Positions 48,842 through 59,565 of a stretch of 64,000 nucleotides of DNA are shown one piece after another; position 1 is the first letter of the stretch; every line of letters begins with the position of its first letter. This stretch comes from Alphaproteobacteria bacterium (GTDB lineage: Bacteria > Pseudomonadota > Alphaproteobacteria > UBA7887): positions 2,272,001-2,336,000 of the forward strand of contig CBDCGL010000011.1 of NCBI GenBank assembly GCA_965216755.1, written 5' to 3'. Below the pieces are notes generated by a model, which saw nothing but the letters and a program-made list of their open reading frames with translations, was not told the origin of the DNA and did no database searches. The translations under genes and the position numbers were made by a program.

Positions 48842-51694
48842 TCATGTCGTCGGCGGCCGTGCCGGTTCATGAGCCAAGTCCGGCTCGCCGCATTGGGAAA
48901 GCACCGCGGCGCGAACCTGATCGCGGAGTGAGAGCACGTCCGACCAATCATCGGACTTGGCTACAATTGCCGGCAGAATCGTCACTATGACCCGGCCGCT
49001 GCGGGCGAAGCCGCCGGTCCCGCGCAGAACCGCGCGGGTGCCGCGGATCGCCACCGGAATGACCGGCGCGCGCGCACGCGCCGCCGTCACAAAAGCGCCC
49101 ATATGAAACGGGCGCAGGCCCGGGCGCCGATCAAATGTGCCCTCGGGAAACACGACCAGCGCGTCGCCCTTGGCCAGCGTCGCACCCAATTGATCGACAT
49201 CGTTGAGGCTCGCCCGAGGGTCGATTCGTTCCACAAACACTGTGCCGAGGCGGCGCAAGAATGAGCCGGCGATCAGAGGTGTCGCCAATTCGCGCTTGGC
49301 GACAAACGCGCATCGCGGCGGCAAGACGGCACTCAATACCAAGCTATCGAGATAGCTCGCGTGGTTCGCCACGAACACGACCGGCCCATCGGTGACATGC
49401 TCGGCGCTCATGACCTCGGGGGCGAGCCCGGTCCAGCGCAGCATCAGCCGCGCCGCGCCGCGCAAGATGCAACGTCGCCGGCGGAGCCCCGGTGCCGCTA
49501 CTACGGCGCCCCAAACCGAAGGCGCCAATCCCAAATAGACAATCCTGAACCATGCCGCGAACGCGAAGGCGCCAATCGCACGGACAACGCGCTGCCACGC
49601 CGGTCGCACGCTTGCCCCGAAAAGCAACAGAAACCGGTGCCAGGGCGCCGCTGGCGGCTTATCAAGTCGCCCGCTTTCATAAAGTTGGCGGCAGGCCGCG
49701 CGACGTATCTTGCCGTTGTTCGTTTTGAGAACAGTTCCCGGCTGTGCCAAGACGATGTCGTCCGGGGGAAGTTCAGCGTGCGACGTGACCACTCGGCGGA
49801 CTTCACCGGCGAGGATTTCGCGTGCCGCCCGGTCGCGTTTTCGGGTTTCGGCCAACACGACCAACTTTTCCGTACCCGATGCCACACTGGAGACCGCGAA
49901 GACCGCGACCCGGCCTTTGCGCACGCCATCGATATTGCCGATGGCCGTTTCGATTTCGTCCGGATACAGGTTGCGCCCAGCGCGAACGATGATGTCCTTT
50001 TCGCGCCCGGTAATAAACAACTCGCCGTCGGCGATATAGCCCAAATCACCGGTATTGACCCAACCATCGTCAAACAACGCGGCGGTTTTGTCTGGTGCCC
50101 GATAATAGCCGGCAGTTGCCGACGGGCCGCAAAACTGAATCCGGCCAACCTCGCGATCGCCCGCTTCACTGCCGCCAGATCCGACCACACGCACCTGATG
50201 ACCAGCGATGGGCACCCCGCAGCTGACAATGTCCAACGCCGAGGCGTCACGCGCCGACGACGGCTGTGCGCGGCCCTTCCGCGCCAAGGCGGCGCGGTCG
50301 ATTCGATCGATCCGGGGACCCCGCTGCAACGGTGTGATCGTCACGGCAACGGCATTTTCGGCCAGGCCATACATCGGCGTCATCGCCCTTGGATCGAACC
50401 CATGGTCAGCAAACCGTCGATTAAATTTATCGATGGTCACGCCACTGACAGCCTCGGCCCCCGTGCCCGCCATACGCCAAGACGACAGATCGATGTCTGC
50501 CAGATCCGCATCGCGCAGGCGCGTCGCACACATTTCAAAGGCAAAGTTTGGTGCCGCCGAAAGCGTGCCGCCATGTTGTGTGATGGCGCGCAGCCAGCGC
50601 GACGGCCGTGCCATAAATCGCAACGGTGGTATGCATATCATTGGGCAACCATAGGTAAGACTGCCCAACCAATGACCGATCAACCCCATGTCGTGATAAA
50701 GCGGCAACCAATTCACGACCACGTCGTCGGGGGTCGCACGGATGGCATGGGCCAACCCGTGAATATTGGCGACAAGATTAGCATGGCTCAGCACAACACC
50801 TTTCGGATCGCCGGTGCTGCCGGACGTATATTGCACCAGCGCGGGCGCTTCCGGCGCCAAATCCGGCCACATTGGTCGCGCGCCGCTGCGGCGCAAATCA
50901 TCGGGAGCCACGATATGTGTCAGGCTTTCGACTTGCGCCTGAACCAATTGGCAAAACCGGCCAATCTCGGTTGGGGCGACAAGAATGGGCGCGCGCGCAT
51001 TGCGCAGAATGGCGGCTTGTCGCATGACATGATCGACCAGATGCCCGCTCGGCGCCGGCGGGTAGAGGGGCACCGGCACGGCACCCGCGATCAGAGCGCC
51101 AAAAAAGCAATAGAAAAAATCCGCGCAGGTCGGCAGCATCGTGGCCACGGCTTGCCCCGACCCAATGCCGAGTTCCCCAAGCCCGGCTGCTATCGCCTGC
51201 GCGCCATGCCACAAATCGTCGTAGGTCAACGGCGGCGTGTCGTCATCTGTGCCAGACAACTGCACATGGGCACGGTCTGGATGCGCCGTGCAGTGTGCCT
51301 CAAGAACTTGGAGCAAGGTGGTCGCCTGGCGCGGCACGCTTACGGTGCCGGTGCCGCCGCTGCGCAGCGGCGCGGCCGCCCAATCGGCCGGCGCCAGCGC
51401 CTGTCCCGCCCACGTCAAGGCCTCAGCCAGATCTGCAGGCGTTGCGGCCGCCATCACGATTTCTTCCGAGAGCCGCGTATCGAACGCGTGTTCGATCCGC
51501 GCCAGCAGTTCGGCACGACCCAAACTGTCGATGCCGAAGTCCTGATCGAGCGATGCGTCGGGCCCAAGCTCGACCAGATCGCGACGCCGCGGCTGCATTT
51601 CCGTGGCCAGTTCGCGCACCAACGCGACCACGCGCGCTTCGCGTGCCGGCGTCGTGGCGGCCCCATCCGAGCACTGAGAGGGATCCCTGGACAT
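48842..51694 (-). CDS. ACP + fatty acyl-AMP ligase + PlsC-type acyltransferase fusion
   Basis: GIDSLGRAEL (ACP Ser), QYTSGSTGDPKGV, WLPLYHDMGLIG, YGLAE, TGDLG, then NHASYLD and FPEGT. Confidence 0.9.
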   Translation of the reverse strand: MSRDPSQCSDGAATTPAREARVVALVRELATEMQPRRRDLVELGPDASLDQDFGIDSLGRAELLARIEHAFDTRLSEEIVMAAATPADLAEALTWAGQALAPADWAAAPLRSGGTGTVSVPRQATTLLQVLEAHCTAHPDRAHVQLSGTDDDTPPLTYDDLWHGAQAIAAGLGELGIGSGQAVATMLPTCADFFYCFFGALIAGAVPVPLYPPAPSGHLVDHVMRQAAILRNARAPILVAPTEIGRFCQLVQAQVESLTHIVAPDDLRRSGARPMWPDLAPEAPALVQYTSGSTGDPKGVVLSHANLVANIHGLAHAIRATPDDVVVNWLPLYHDMGLIGHWLGSLTYGCPMICIPPLRFMARPSRWLRAITQHGGTLSAAPNFAFEMCATRLRDADLADIDLSSWRMAGTGAEAVSGVTIDKFNRRFADHGFDPRAMTPMYGLAENAVAVTITPLQRGPRIDRIDRAALARKGRAQPSSARDASALDIVSCGVPIAGHQVRVVGSGGSEAGDREVGRIQFCGPSATAGYYRAPDKTAALFDDGWVNTGDLGYIADGELFITGREKDIIVRAGRNLYPDEIETAIGNIDGVRKGRVAVFAVSSVASGTEKLVVLAETRKRDRAAREILAGEVRRVVTSHAELPPDDIVLAQPGTVLKTNNGKIRRAACRQLYESGRLDKPPAAPWHRFLLLFGASVRPAWQRVVRAIGAFAFAAWFRIVYLGLAPSVWGAVVAAPGLRRRRCILRGAARLMLRWTGLAPEVMSAEHVTDGPVVFVANHASYLDSLVLSAVLPPRCAFVAKRELATPLIAGSFLRRLGTVFVERIDPRASLNDVDQLGATLAKGDALVVFPEGTFDRRPGLRPFHMGAFVTAARARAPVIPVAIRGTRAVLRGTGGFARSGRVIVTILPAIVAKSDDWSDVLSLRDQVRAAVLSQCGEPDLAHEPARPPTT

Positions 51695-51881
51695 CGGTCT
51701 TGTCGCTTGGCGGCTCTAAGCCAACTCTGATCAACCGCCGGGTCGGTCCGCAGGCACAACAACCCGCCGCAATGCGGGCCAAGCCTGCCGCGCCCCCGCA
51801 GCGATCAATTTCAAACGGCTCGCTTTCATCTCGAAAGCTTGCAAACTTCCCGAAACGGCGCGCGGGATTCCGTCCGCCGCT

Positions 51882-52244
51882 CTATCCCACCACGCTAACG
51901 ACCTTAAACGTGTACGTATTGTCGTCATGTTCGGTCATGGAAATGTACTCGCCAGGATGAAACTTGTGGGCCTCAAACCGGAAGAACGGCGTGTCATCAT
52001 CTTCGCCTGGCGCATAGGAAAACGCCCATGTTCGGTGCCGCGTGTGAATCAAATGGCCGTCCTCGTCGTCTTCCCCGACCCAAAACCGCTTTACCACGCA
52101 GGCCTTTTTGTTGTCGCGCCAAGCGTCGACATCGATCTGGCCATCGCCGGTTAGTGGCGCGGTAAATTCGTAGCCGCAGTCGCTGCTGCCATTGGGCCAA
52201 CCAGGATTGCGCGCGAGCTCCAATCGAACCGTCTTCAAAGCCAT
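51882..52244 (-). CDS. Conserved hypothetical protein
   Basis: RLELARNPGWPNGS..GYEF.APL..DG.ID...FRFEAHKFHPGEYIS; co-oriented with the USP gene. Confidence 0.75.
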   Translation of the reverse strand: MALKTVRLELARNPGWPNGSSDCGYEFTAPLTGDGQIDVDAWRDNKKACVVKRFWVGEDDEDGHLIHTRHRTWAFSYAPGEDDDTPFFRFEAHKFHPGEYISMTEHDDNTYTFKVVSVVG

Positions 52245-52265
52245 GGCGAATTCCCTTTGCGCAGG

Positions 52266-52535
52266 TCAGTGCTGATGATGATCCGGATGGGTGGCAACAA
52301 AATGCCTCAAGACGGCAACCAGCTGCGAGGCATGACGCAGGTCGCCACGCTTGAGCGCGTTGTCGATGTCGTCGCGGATCATCGCGCGTATGCGCGGGAC
52401 ACCATCCTCGGATTCAATCAGATATTCGCCAAGTTCTGCAGCGATAATCTCCGGCAGGTGCTCATGTTCCGCAATGGCGTCGATTTCCGCTTCGGTCAGA
52501 TCGCACAGGGCGATGCAGTCCTCGAGTGTCAGCAT
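52266..52535 (-). CDS. Conserved hypothetical protein (89 aa)
   Basis: MLTLEDCIALCDLTEAEIDAIAEHEHLPEI...MIRDDI; GGAG SD. Confidence 0.75.
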   Translation of the reverse strand: MLTLEDCIALCDLTEAEIDAIAEHEHLPEIIAAELGEYLIESEDGVPRIRAMIRDDIDNALKRGDLRHASQLVAVLRHFVATHPDHHQH

Positions 52536-52575
52536 GTAAGCTCCAGTATCGTACCTTCCCGTTGCCGGCCAATTT

Positions 52576-53424
52576 TCAGTGTGCCATCAAAACAGGGCGC
52601 GAACCCTTGGTCAAAACGCCGCGCGTCACGCCACCAAGCACCAGTTCACGCAACCGGCTGTGCCCATAAGCCCCCATTACCAGCAATGTCGCGCCGGCCT
52701 GTTCCGCTTCATCCGCCAAACAATCGGCGATGGCACGGCCTGCGGACGATACGGCACGCCGTGATATCCGCAATCCGTGGCGTTCCAAATAACTCGCCAA
52801 TCCCGACGAGCTCGGTAGGTCGGAGTCGTCTTCGTCGATAGCGACCACCAAAACGCCGTCTGCGCGCGACAATAAAGGCAAAGCGCCCGCAACGGCGCGG
52901 GCCGCCTCCGCGGATCCATTCCACGCCACCATCGCCTGACCCTCAAGCGTTTCGAGCGGATCGGGACCGACCAACATCACCGGTCGCCCGGTCTGGAAGA
53001 GCGCCGTTTCGGCCGACAGAAACGCATCCGCGCCGCCGTCTTCGCCGGCCCGGCCAACAACAATGATGTCGGCAAGCCGCCCACGCGCGGCGATGATATC
53101 CGCCGTGTCGCCAATTTCCTCCGTCCAAGTCGCCTTGGCAGAGGACTCGATCGGCGTCCCCGCCGCGTCGCAAGCCTCGGTATATGCTTGGCGGGCTTTC
53201 GCCGTTCGAGCGTCGGCATCGGCGCGACCCGCCGCCATGATGCTTTCGATCATTGCCGGCGACATGCCGTCAACCGCCAGTCTCAACGTGTCGCGCGGGT
53301 CCGGCCGCACAATAAGCCCGTCGACGGCGGCATCGAAGGCGCGGCCGATCTTCAGCGCGGCGTCTGCAGTCACGCGATCGCCGTCCTCGCCGTTCAACAA
53401 CACCAAAATCGAGGCAACACCCAT
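52576..53424 (-). CDS. Universal stress protein (tandem USP domains)
   Basis: VAWNGSAEAARAV, LVMGAYGHSRLRELVLGGVTR..PVLMAH. Confidence 0.92.
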   Translation of the reverse strand: MGVASILVLLNGEDGDRVTADAALKIGRAFDAAVDGLIVRPDPRDTLRLAVDGMSPAMIESIMAAGRADADARTAKARQAYTEACDAAGTPIESSAKATWTEEIGDTADIIAARGRLADIIVVGRAGEDGGADAFLSAETALFQTGRPVMLVGPDPLETLEGQAMVAWNGSAEAARAVAGALPLLSRADGVLVVAIDEDDSDLPSSSGLASYLERHGLRISRRAVSSAGRAIADCLADEAEQAGATLLVMGAYGHSRLRELVLGGVTRGVLTKGSRPVLMAH

Positions 53425-53542
53425 CAGCGATCCCTCTGTGCCCGAGACTGCGCCGTGTGTTCGGCACAGACCAACGTCCTTATGACAACCATATCAAACA
53501 CTTTAACATGAACCGCAGAAGCGCCGGCACAAATCACATGGA

Positions 53543-55099
53543 TCAAAGTTCGCCCGCGCGGGCCGCCGACAAGTTCAAATGATTGGTGGCGGCACTAATC
53601 ACATCGTCGGGCGGCCGACCGGCATCGAGCCGCCACCAATCGATTTGCCCAGTTTCATAGGCGTTTTGCTGTCTAACCACCGCAACGGTGGCATCCGAGG
53701 GATCATGCTTGCGCCGCGCAACCCGCGCCGCAAGCAGCGCGGGCGGAGCATCCAGCCAAAATCCATCAAATCGTATGCCCAGGCGCGAGGCGGTTTCTTC
53801 AACCTGACAGCGTTCGGCCGGATCAGCGAAAACCGCATCGACAATGACCGCGCGACCTCCGACAAGGGCTCGGCGCGCAAGGGTTAACATGTGCGCATAC
53901 ACTTCGGCGTTCACCGCCGATCGATAAGCCTCAGGCGGCAAGCGTGTCTCCGGTTGAACGCCGAGCAAATGCTTGCGCACCAAGTCACTGCGGACGACTA
54001 CCGCGCCCGGAAAAGCGCCGATCTTGTCGGCAAGCCCGTGCGCCAAAGTTGATTTGCCGCTGCCGGACAGGCCGCCAATTGCGACCATCCGCGGCAGCGT
54101 GGGACGAAGATATCGCAGAGCCAATTCACCATAGGCCCGGGCCTCGTCACGCTTGTCACCATGCGAATCCGGGCCATCTTCGCCGGCTTCGATCGCTGCC
54201 ACCATGGCGCGGACCCCGGCGCGCAAGGACAAAAAAAAGGGCAACAGCGGCAGGCCGCCGAAATCCTCGGTTTGCGCCACATAGCGATTGAACAGCACCG
54301 ATGCCAACGCGGCGCAGTCCCGATGGCCCAAGTCCATCAACACGAACGCCAAGTCATACAATACATCGATACAGGCTATGGCCTCATTGAACTCAATGCC
54401 GTCAAAAGGCGTCGGACGGCCATCGATCAAGCACACATTGCGCAGGTGCAAGTCGCCGTGGCACCAGCGCACCATGCCACCGGCCCGACGTGCCTCGAGC
54501 AAGGCGCCCAGATCACCCAAGCACCGTTTCCAACCGTCACACAGTTGGGAGACCTGATCGGCATCCAAAACATCCGGCACGGCGTCGCGCAAAGTCGCGA
54601 CCGTGCTTTCGACAACATTGGCAACGCCTTTCATGCCGCCATGGTCGCGGCGCGGCATCGCGGCCCTGTGGAAGGCGACGATCGCATCGGCGAGATCGCG
54701 GACAATTTGGGGCGACAATTCGCCACGCGTGGCCATGCGATCCAACAACATGTCCTGATCGAACCGACGCATCATCACGAGCCAGTCGACCGATGGTCCG
54801 GCCCCAGCCAGGCGCAAGGTTCCGTCGTCGCCGCGGGTGACCGGCGTGACGCCTTGATAGAGATCCGGCGCCGTGCGTCGGTTCAACCGCACTTCCTCTT
54901 CGCACGCCGTTTTGCGGCGGCTCACGGTCGAGAAATCTAGGAATGGGAATTTGACCGCCCTCTTCAGCTTATAGGCGGTCTCGCCAACCAAAAACACCAC
55001 GGCGGCATGGGTCTGGATCACCTCAACCGGTTCGGCGCCGCCATGGCTGGCCGGATCGGTCAAGAACGCGATCGTCTGGCTCTGATCTTCGACAATCAT
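53543..55099 (-). CDS. Bifunctional aminoglycoside-phosphotransferase-like / P-loop kinase (Rv2004c-like)
   Basis: YKLKRAV.FPFLDFS, HGDLHLRNV, FDGIEFN, GGLSGSGKST, RSD.VRK, SDAT. Confidence 0.88.
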   Translation of the reverse strand: MIVEDQSQTIAFLTDPASHGGAEPVEVIQTHAAVVFLVGETAYKLKRAVKFPFLDFSTVSRRKTACEEEVRLNRRTAPDLYQGVTPVTRGDDGTLRLAGAGPSVDWLVMMRRFDQDMLLDRMATRGELSPQIVRDLADAIVAFHRAAMPRRDHGGMKGVANVVESTVATLRDAVPDVLDADQVSQLCDGWKRCLGDLGALLEARRAGGMVRWCHGDLHLRNVCLIDGRPTPFDGIEFNEAIACIDVLYDLAFVLMDLGHRDCAALASVLFNRYVAQTEDFGGLPLLPFFLSLRAGVRAMVAAIEAGEDGPDSHGDKRDEARAYGELALRYLRPTLPRMVAIGGLSGSGKSTLAHGLADKIGAFPGAVVVRSDLVRKHLLGVQPETRLPPEAYRSAVNAEVYAHMLTLARRALVGGRAVIVDAVFADPAERCQVEETASRLGIRFDGFWLDAPPALLAARVARRKHDPSDATVAVVRQQNAYETGQIDWWRLDAGRPPDDVISAATNHLNLSAARAGEL

Positions 55100-55165
55100 C
55101 GTGCATCGCTGATGAGGCGAACGCGCGCGAAGTCCCGCAATCGCCGGTTACCGGATACCGCGCCG

Positions 55166-56122
55166 CTAACAGCCAAATTGGGCCACGGGTTCCTCGACCC
55201 CCTCCGGGTCCTGGTGAATGATGATCTCGGCGCCCGGAAACGCGGACCGGACGTCGGCTTCGACTTGGTCCGAAATGATATGCGCATCAATCAGGGACAG
55301 TTCGCCGTCCAACTCCAAATGGAATTGGATGAACGGGTGCATACCCGAACGCCGGGTGCGCAAATCGTGCACCCCCTTGACTTCCGGATGGGCGCCGGCG
55401 ATCGCCAGGATTTGCGTACGCTCGGAATCGGGAAACTCGCGATCCATTAACACATCGTAGGATTCGCGAACAATCTGCCAGGCGCCATAAAGAATGTAGA
55501 ACGCCACCGTGACGGCCACGATCGGATCGAGCAAGGGCTGATCGAACCGGATGACCAATATCAGCCCGACGATGATGCCGGCATTGACGGCCAAATCGGC
55601 GCGATAGTGAAGTGAATCGGCGTTGATGGCGGTGGAGCCTGTGCGCCGCACGACAAACTTTTGGTATTGCACCAAGGCCAAGGTGACAACAATCGAAACG
55701 ACCATGACACCAATGCCGATCTCGCCATAGGCAACCGGGCGTGGCGTTACAAACCGCGATATCGCCTCGAACAAGAGAAACACCGCCGATCCGGAAACGA
55801 ACGCGGCTTGGCCGAGACCGGCCAGCGCCTCCGCCTTGCCGTGCCCGAAGCGATGTTCGCGGTCCGCCGGCATCAAAGCATGGCGTACGGCAATCAGATT
55901 GACCAACGACGCCGCGGCGTCGAGACCTGAATCGACCAGCGACGATAGAACCGCAATCGAATCGGTCGCCAGCCACGCCCACAACTTCAAAATGATCAAG
56001 GACCCGGCCACGCCCGCCGAGGCATAGGTTGCCGTACGCATCAGGCGCGCGGCGCGCTCGTGGCTGACGACGCGCCCGCCCGACAGGCCGCGCCCCGGCT
56101 GTTCAGAGGAGTTGGCCGTCAT
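55166..56122 (-). CDS. fieF: Cation diffusion facilitator (FieF/YiiP)
   Basis: SLVDSGLD, PADREHRFGHGKAE, ADSLHYRAD, HDLRTR, IIHQDP. Confidence 0.88.
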   Translation of the reverse strand: MTANSSEQPGRGLSGGRVVSHERAARLMRTATYASAGVAGSLIILKLWAWLATDSIAVLSSLVDSGLDAAASLVNLIAVRHALMPADREHRFGHGKAEALAGLGQAAFVSGSAVFLLFEAISRFVTPRPVAYGEIGIGVMVVSIVVTLALVQYQKFVVRRTGSTAINADSLHYRADLAVNAGIIVGLILVIRFDQPLLDPIVAVTVAFYILYGAWQIVRESYDVLMDREFPDSERTQILAIAGAHPEVKGVHDLRTRRSGMHPFIQFHLELDGELSLIDAHIISDQVEADVRSAFPGAEIIIHQDPEGVEEPVAQFGC

Positions 56123-56150
56123 ATCCTCCCCGTCAATCCGGCGACGGCGG

Positions 56151-56753
56151 TCATGGATACAACATTTGCGTCCGCCAATTCGGCGCGTCGGTTTGGCTGT
56201 CGCGCTCAAAGACCAAGCGGTGGTGCATACGAAACGCACCATTTTGCCAGAACTCGATCCGCCGCGGACTGATCCGGAATCCCGACCAGAAATCGGGCCG
56301 CGGCACGCGCCCGATGGCGAATTTCGCCGCCGTCTTCGCGACCTGTTTCTCGAACTCAAAACGCCCCTGCATTGGACGCGACTGGCTGCTCGCCCAAGCG
56401 CCAATTTGGCTCTGGCGCGGCCGCGTCGCGAAATACGCGTCGGCCTCTTCGTCGGTCACCGGCGCAACCTGCCCTTGTACGCGGATTTGGCGCCGGATCG
56501 ACTTCCAGTGAAAACACATCGCAGCTTGCGGATTGGCCAGGATTTCCGTGCCTTTGCGGCTTTCAACATTGGTGAAGAACACGAACCCGGCGTGGTCGGC
56601 GGCCTTGAGCAGGACCATCCGGGCCGACGGCATGCCATCGGGCGCGACAGTCGCCAGACAGACCGCGCTCGGGTCGTTCGGCTCATTCGCCTCGGCTTCG
56701 GCAAGCCATTGATGAAAAAGCTCTATCGGATCTTCATGCGCCGGAATAGACAT
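56151..56753 (-). CDS. pdxH: Pyridoxamine 5'-phosphate oxidase
   Basis: [31 protein letters not shown]...RMHHR. Confidence 0.95.
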   Translation of the reverse strand: MSIPAHEDPIELFHQWLAEAEANEPNDPSAVCLATVAPDGMPSARMVLLKAADHAGFVFFTNVESRKGTEILANPQAAMCFHWKSIRRQIRVQGQVAPVTDEEADAYFATRPRQSQIGAWASSQSRPMQGRFEFEKQVAKTAAKFAIGRVPRPDFWSGFRISPRRIEFWQNGAFRMHHRLVFERDSQTDAPNWRTQMLYP

Positions 56754-56896
56754 GGTGGCGAAATCACGGCCCCTTTCTCACCGTTAACCAGCTCCTATAT
56801 AATACCGATTAAAAGATGGTACGTGCGATCTTCCCCAAAATATGTCGGGTGGTTCGCTGCGGTAAATCTGGTTCCGAATACGGCGAGGACCCACAT

Positions 56897-57370
56897 ATGA
56901 AGATCATTCGTCTGACAATGGCGGCGGCGCTGATTCTCGGCCTTGGCGCGTGCACCCAAGATCGCGGCAACAAGGAAATCGGCGGTACCCTGGTTGGCGC
57001 AGCTGCGGGCGGCCTTCTTGGCTCACAAATCGGCAGTGGCTCCGGCCAACTTGCCGCCACCGCCGCAGGCGTGTTCATTGGCGGCTTGATCGGTAGCGAA
57101 GTTGGACGCTCCCTTGACAAAGCCGACCAAGCCTATGCGGCGCAGACCTATCAAACGACCATGGAAACCAACAAAACCGGCCAGACATCGACCTGGGTCA
57201 ACCCAGATTCCGGCCATTCGGGGCAATATACGCCGACCAAGACCTATCAAACGGACACTGGTAACTATTGTCGCGAGTTTCAGCAGACCATCACGGTCGG
57301 TGGTAAGACAGAAACCGCGTATGGGACCGCGTGCCGCCAGCCGGATGGATCTTGGAAGATCGTCCAATAA
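56897..57370 (+). CDS. 17-kDa surface antigen-like glycine-zipper lipoprotein
   Basis: LGLGA|C lipobox, GAAAGGLLGSQIG, W.NPDSG, YCREFQQT, GTACRQPDGSW. Confidence 0.9.
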   Translation: MKIIRLTMAAALILGLGACTQDRGNKEIGGTLVGAAAGGLLGSQIGSGSGQLAATAAGVFIGGLIGSEVGRSLDKADQAYAAQTYQTTMETNKTGQTSTWVNPDSGHSGQYTPTKTYQTDTGNYCREFQQTITVGGKTETAYGTACRQPDGSWKIVQ

Positions 57371-57667
57371 CCTGCGTCTAGGGCTCTTGGCGGCGGTCGG
57401 GCACCGGGTGTCAAGGGCCACGACCCAGGATGCCGGCGTCGTACCCGAACCACAAGCATGAGTAAGCCCGCGTCGTTGTCCGCGGTCTGCGGGCGAACGT
57501 GCTATGGTGCGCGCGGAGCAGCGGGTGTTAAGACGGCCTTGTAGAACGGGCGCCGGGTGGCGCGCCCTCAGACCACACTGGTCGCGAGACGGCTTGCCTC
57601 TGGCTTCCACCCGCGCGATGTCGCGCGCCCAACGATCACGACCGCAAAGGCTTTCTGTCACAAGACC

Positions 57668-58591
57668 ATGACCGACCCGTACAAAATTCTCGGTGTGCCC
57701 AAGAACGCCACCCAGGACGACATCAAGAAAGCCTATCGCAAGCTGGCCAAGGAGCTGCATCCCGACCTGCATCCTGGTGACGGCAAGATCGAGGAACGAT
57801 TCAAGCGCGTCTCGGCAGCTTACGCCCTGCTGTCCGATCCAGAAAACCGGGCGCGCTACGATCGCGGCGAAATCGATGGCAGCGGCCAAGCCCGGGCCGA
57901 ACAACAGTTCTACCGAACCTATGCCGGCGGTGCGGCCGGCGGCGGCGGCGCGCCCGGCGGAATGGAGGATTTCTTCTCAGACTTGTTTGGCGATCTGGGC
58001 GGTTTCGGCGGTGGCTCTTCCCACGGTCGGGCGCGCGAGCGCGGCCATGGTCGCACCAATGTCCATATGCGCGGGCAAGACATCACCTACAACATTACGA
58101 TTGATTTCTTGGACGCGGCCACGGGCGCAAAAAAACGAATCACCATGCCGGACGGGCGTTCACTCGATGTGACGGTGCCAGAAGGCATCGCGGACGGTCA
58201 GAGCATTCGCCTGAAACGGCAAGGCGGCAAAGGCATCGGCGAAGGTCAGGCCGGCGACGCATTGATCCACATATCCGTGGCCCCGCATGACCAGTTCGTG
58301 CGCAAAGGCGCGGACATTCATAGCGAGCTGCCGATTTCCCTGCCCGAAGCGGTGCTCGGCGCCAAAGTAGACGTTCCGACCGTACACGGCATGGTCACCA
58401 TGTCGGTACCAAAAGGCTCATCAAGCGGTGATGCGTTACGGCTGAAAGGCAAAGGTGTTCGCGACAGCAAGACCAAGCGGCGTGGCGATCAATATGTGAA
58501 ACTTCGGGTCGTGCTGCCCAAACCGCCCGATGCTGAGCTCAGTGCGTTTGTGGAACGTTGGGCCAAAACCAAGTCATACGATGTGCGCTAG
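57668..58591 (+). CDS. DnaJ class B chaperone (CbpA-like)
   Basis: J domain with HPD, G/F-rich region, C-terminal domain, no zinc finger. Confidence 0.92.
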   Translation: MTDPYKILGVPKNATQDDIKKAYRKLAKELHPDLHPGDGKIEERFKRVSAAYALLSDPENRARYDRGEIDGSGQARAEQQFYRTYAGGAAGGGGAPGGMEDFFSDLFGDLGGFGGGSSHGRARERGHGRTNVHMRGQDITYNITIDFLDAATGAKKRITMPDGRSLDVTVPEGIADGQSIRLKRQGGKGIGEGQAGDALIHISVAPHDQFVRKGADIHSELPISLPEAVLGAKVDVPTVHGMVTMSVPKGSSSGDALRLKGKGVRDSKTKRRGDQYVKLRVVLPKPPDAELSAFVERWAKTKSYDVR

Positions 58592-58718
58592 TTCGCGGAT
58601 CCGCGCCATCGTCGTCCCTGGTTGGCTTTCGCGGCCGTCGGGCTTGGTGTAGGATGCCGCCCCACGCACATCTGGAGACAACGGCCCCTTCAACGCAAAA
58701 TTGAGGCGAGAATCGCGC

Positions 58719-59555
58719 ATGGTAGCACCGACGCCGTCGCATGCGACCCAACCAACACAGTTGATGGCCGGCAAGACCGGCCTGATCATGGGGGTGGCGA
58801 ATGATCGCTCGCTGGCCTGGGGTATTGCACGCGCCACGGCCGAGCACGGGGCAGACCTGGCGTTTACCTATCAAGGCGAAGCATTAGCAAAGCGTGTCAA
58901 GCCACTTGCCGAATCACTGGGCTCATCCATTATCGCACCGTGCGACGTCACCGATGATGCCAGCCTCGATGCCTTGTTCGACACCCTTGGCCGGCGCTGG
59001 GAACAGCTTGACTTTGTCGTCCATGCCATCGCCTTTTCCGACAAAGAGGAGCTCAAGGGCGACTACATCAACACCAGCGCGGAGAACTTTGCGCGCACAC
59101 TTCATATATCGTGCTATTCGTTCACCGCTATTTGTCGGCGTGCAGCCGCATTGATGAAGCCCGGCGGCAGTCTGCTGACCCTGACCTATGCCGGCGCCGA
59201 GCGGGTCATGCCGCACTATAACGTGATGGGCGTGGCCAAGGCCGCCCTGGAGGCCAGTGTGCGCTATTTGGCGGTCGACTTGGGTCGACAAGGCATTCGC
59301 GTAAATGCCATTTCCGCGGGGCCGATCAAGACCTTGGCGGCCAGCGGCATCGGCGATTTTCGCTATATCTTGAAATGGAACGAATATAATGCCCCGCTCA
59401 AACGAAATGTCACGATTGACGATGTTGGCGGTGCCGCGACCTATCTGCTGAGCGATTTGGCCAGCGGTGTCACGGGCGAAGTTCATCATGTCGATTCCGG
59501 CTATCACGTGGTCGGCATGAAAGCGGTCGACGCCCCAGATATTTCAGTCGTCTAA
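58719..59555 (+). CDS. fabI: Enoyl-ACP reductase
   Basis: [37 protein letters not shown]. Confidence 0.95.
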   Translation: MVAPTPSHATQPTQLMAGKTGLIMGVANDRSLAWGIARATAEHGADLAFTYQGEALAKRVKPLAESLGSSIIAPCDVTDDASLDALFDTLGRRWEQLDFVVHAIAFSDKEELKGDYINTSAENFARTLHISCYSFTAICRRAAALMKPGGSLLTLTYAGAERVMPHYNVMGVAKAALEASVRYLAVDLGRQGIRVNAISAGPIKTLAASGIGDFRYILKWNEYNAPLKRNVTIDDVGGAATYLLSDLASGVTGEVHHVDSGYHVVGMKAVDAPDISVV

Positions 59556-59565
59556 CAGCTATTCG

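Noticed and set aside
49361-51730. 789-aa plus-strand ORF
   Set aside because: Antisense shadow of the ACP-FAAL-acyltransferase gene; no recognisable motifs; expected in high-GC DNA
53480-53548. FNR/FixK box upstream of the USP gene
   Set aside because: Only ATCAA half-sites are present; no acceptable TTGAT-N4-ATCAA match
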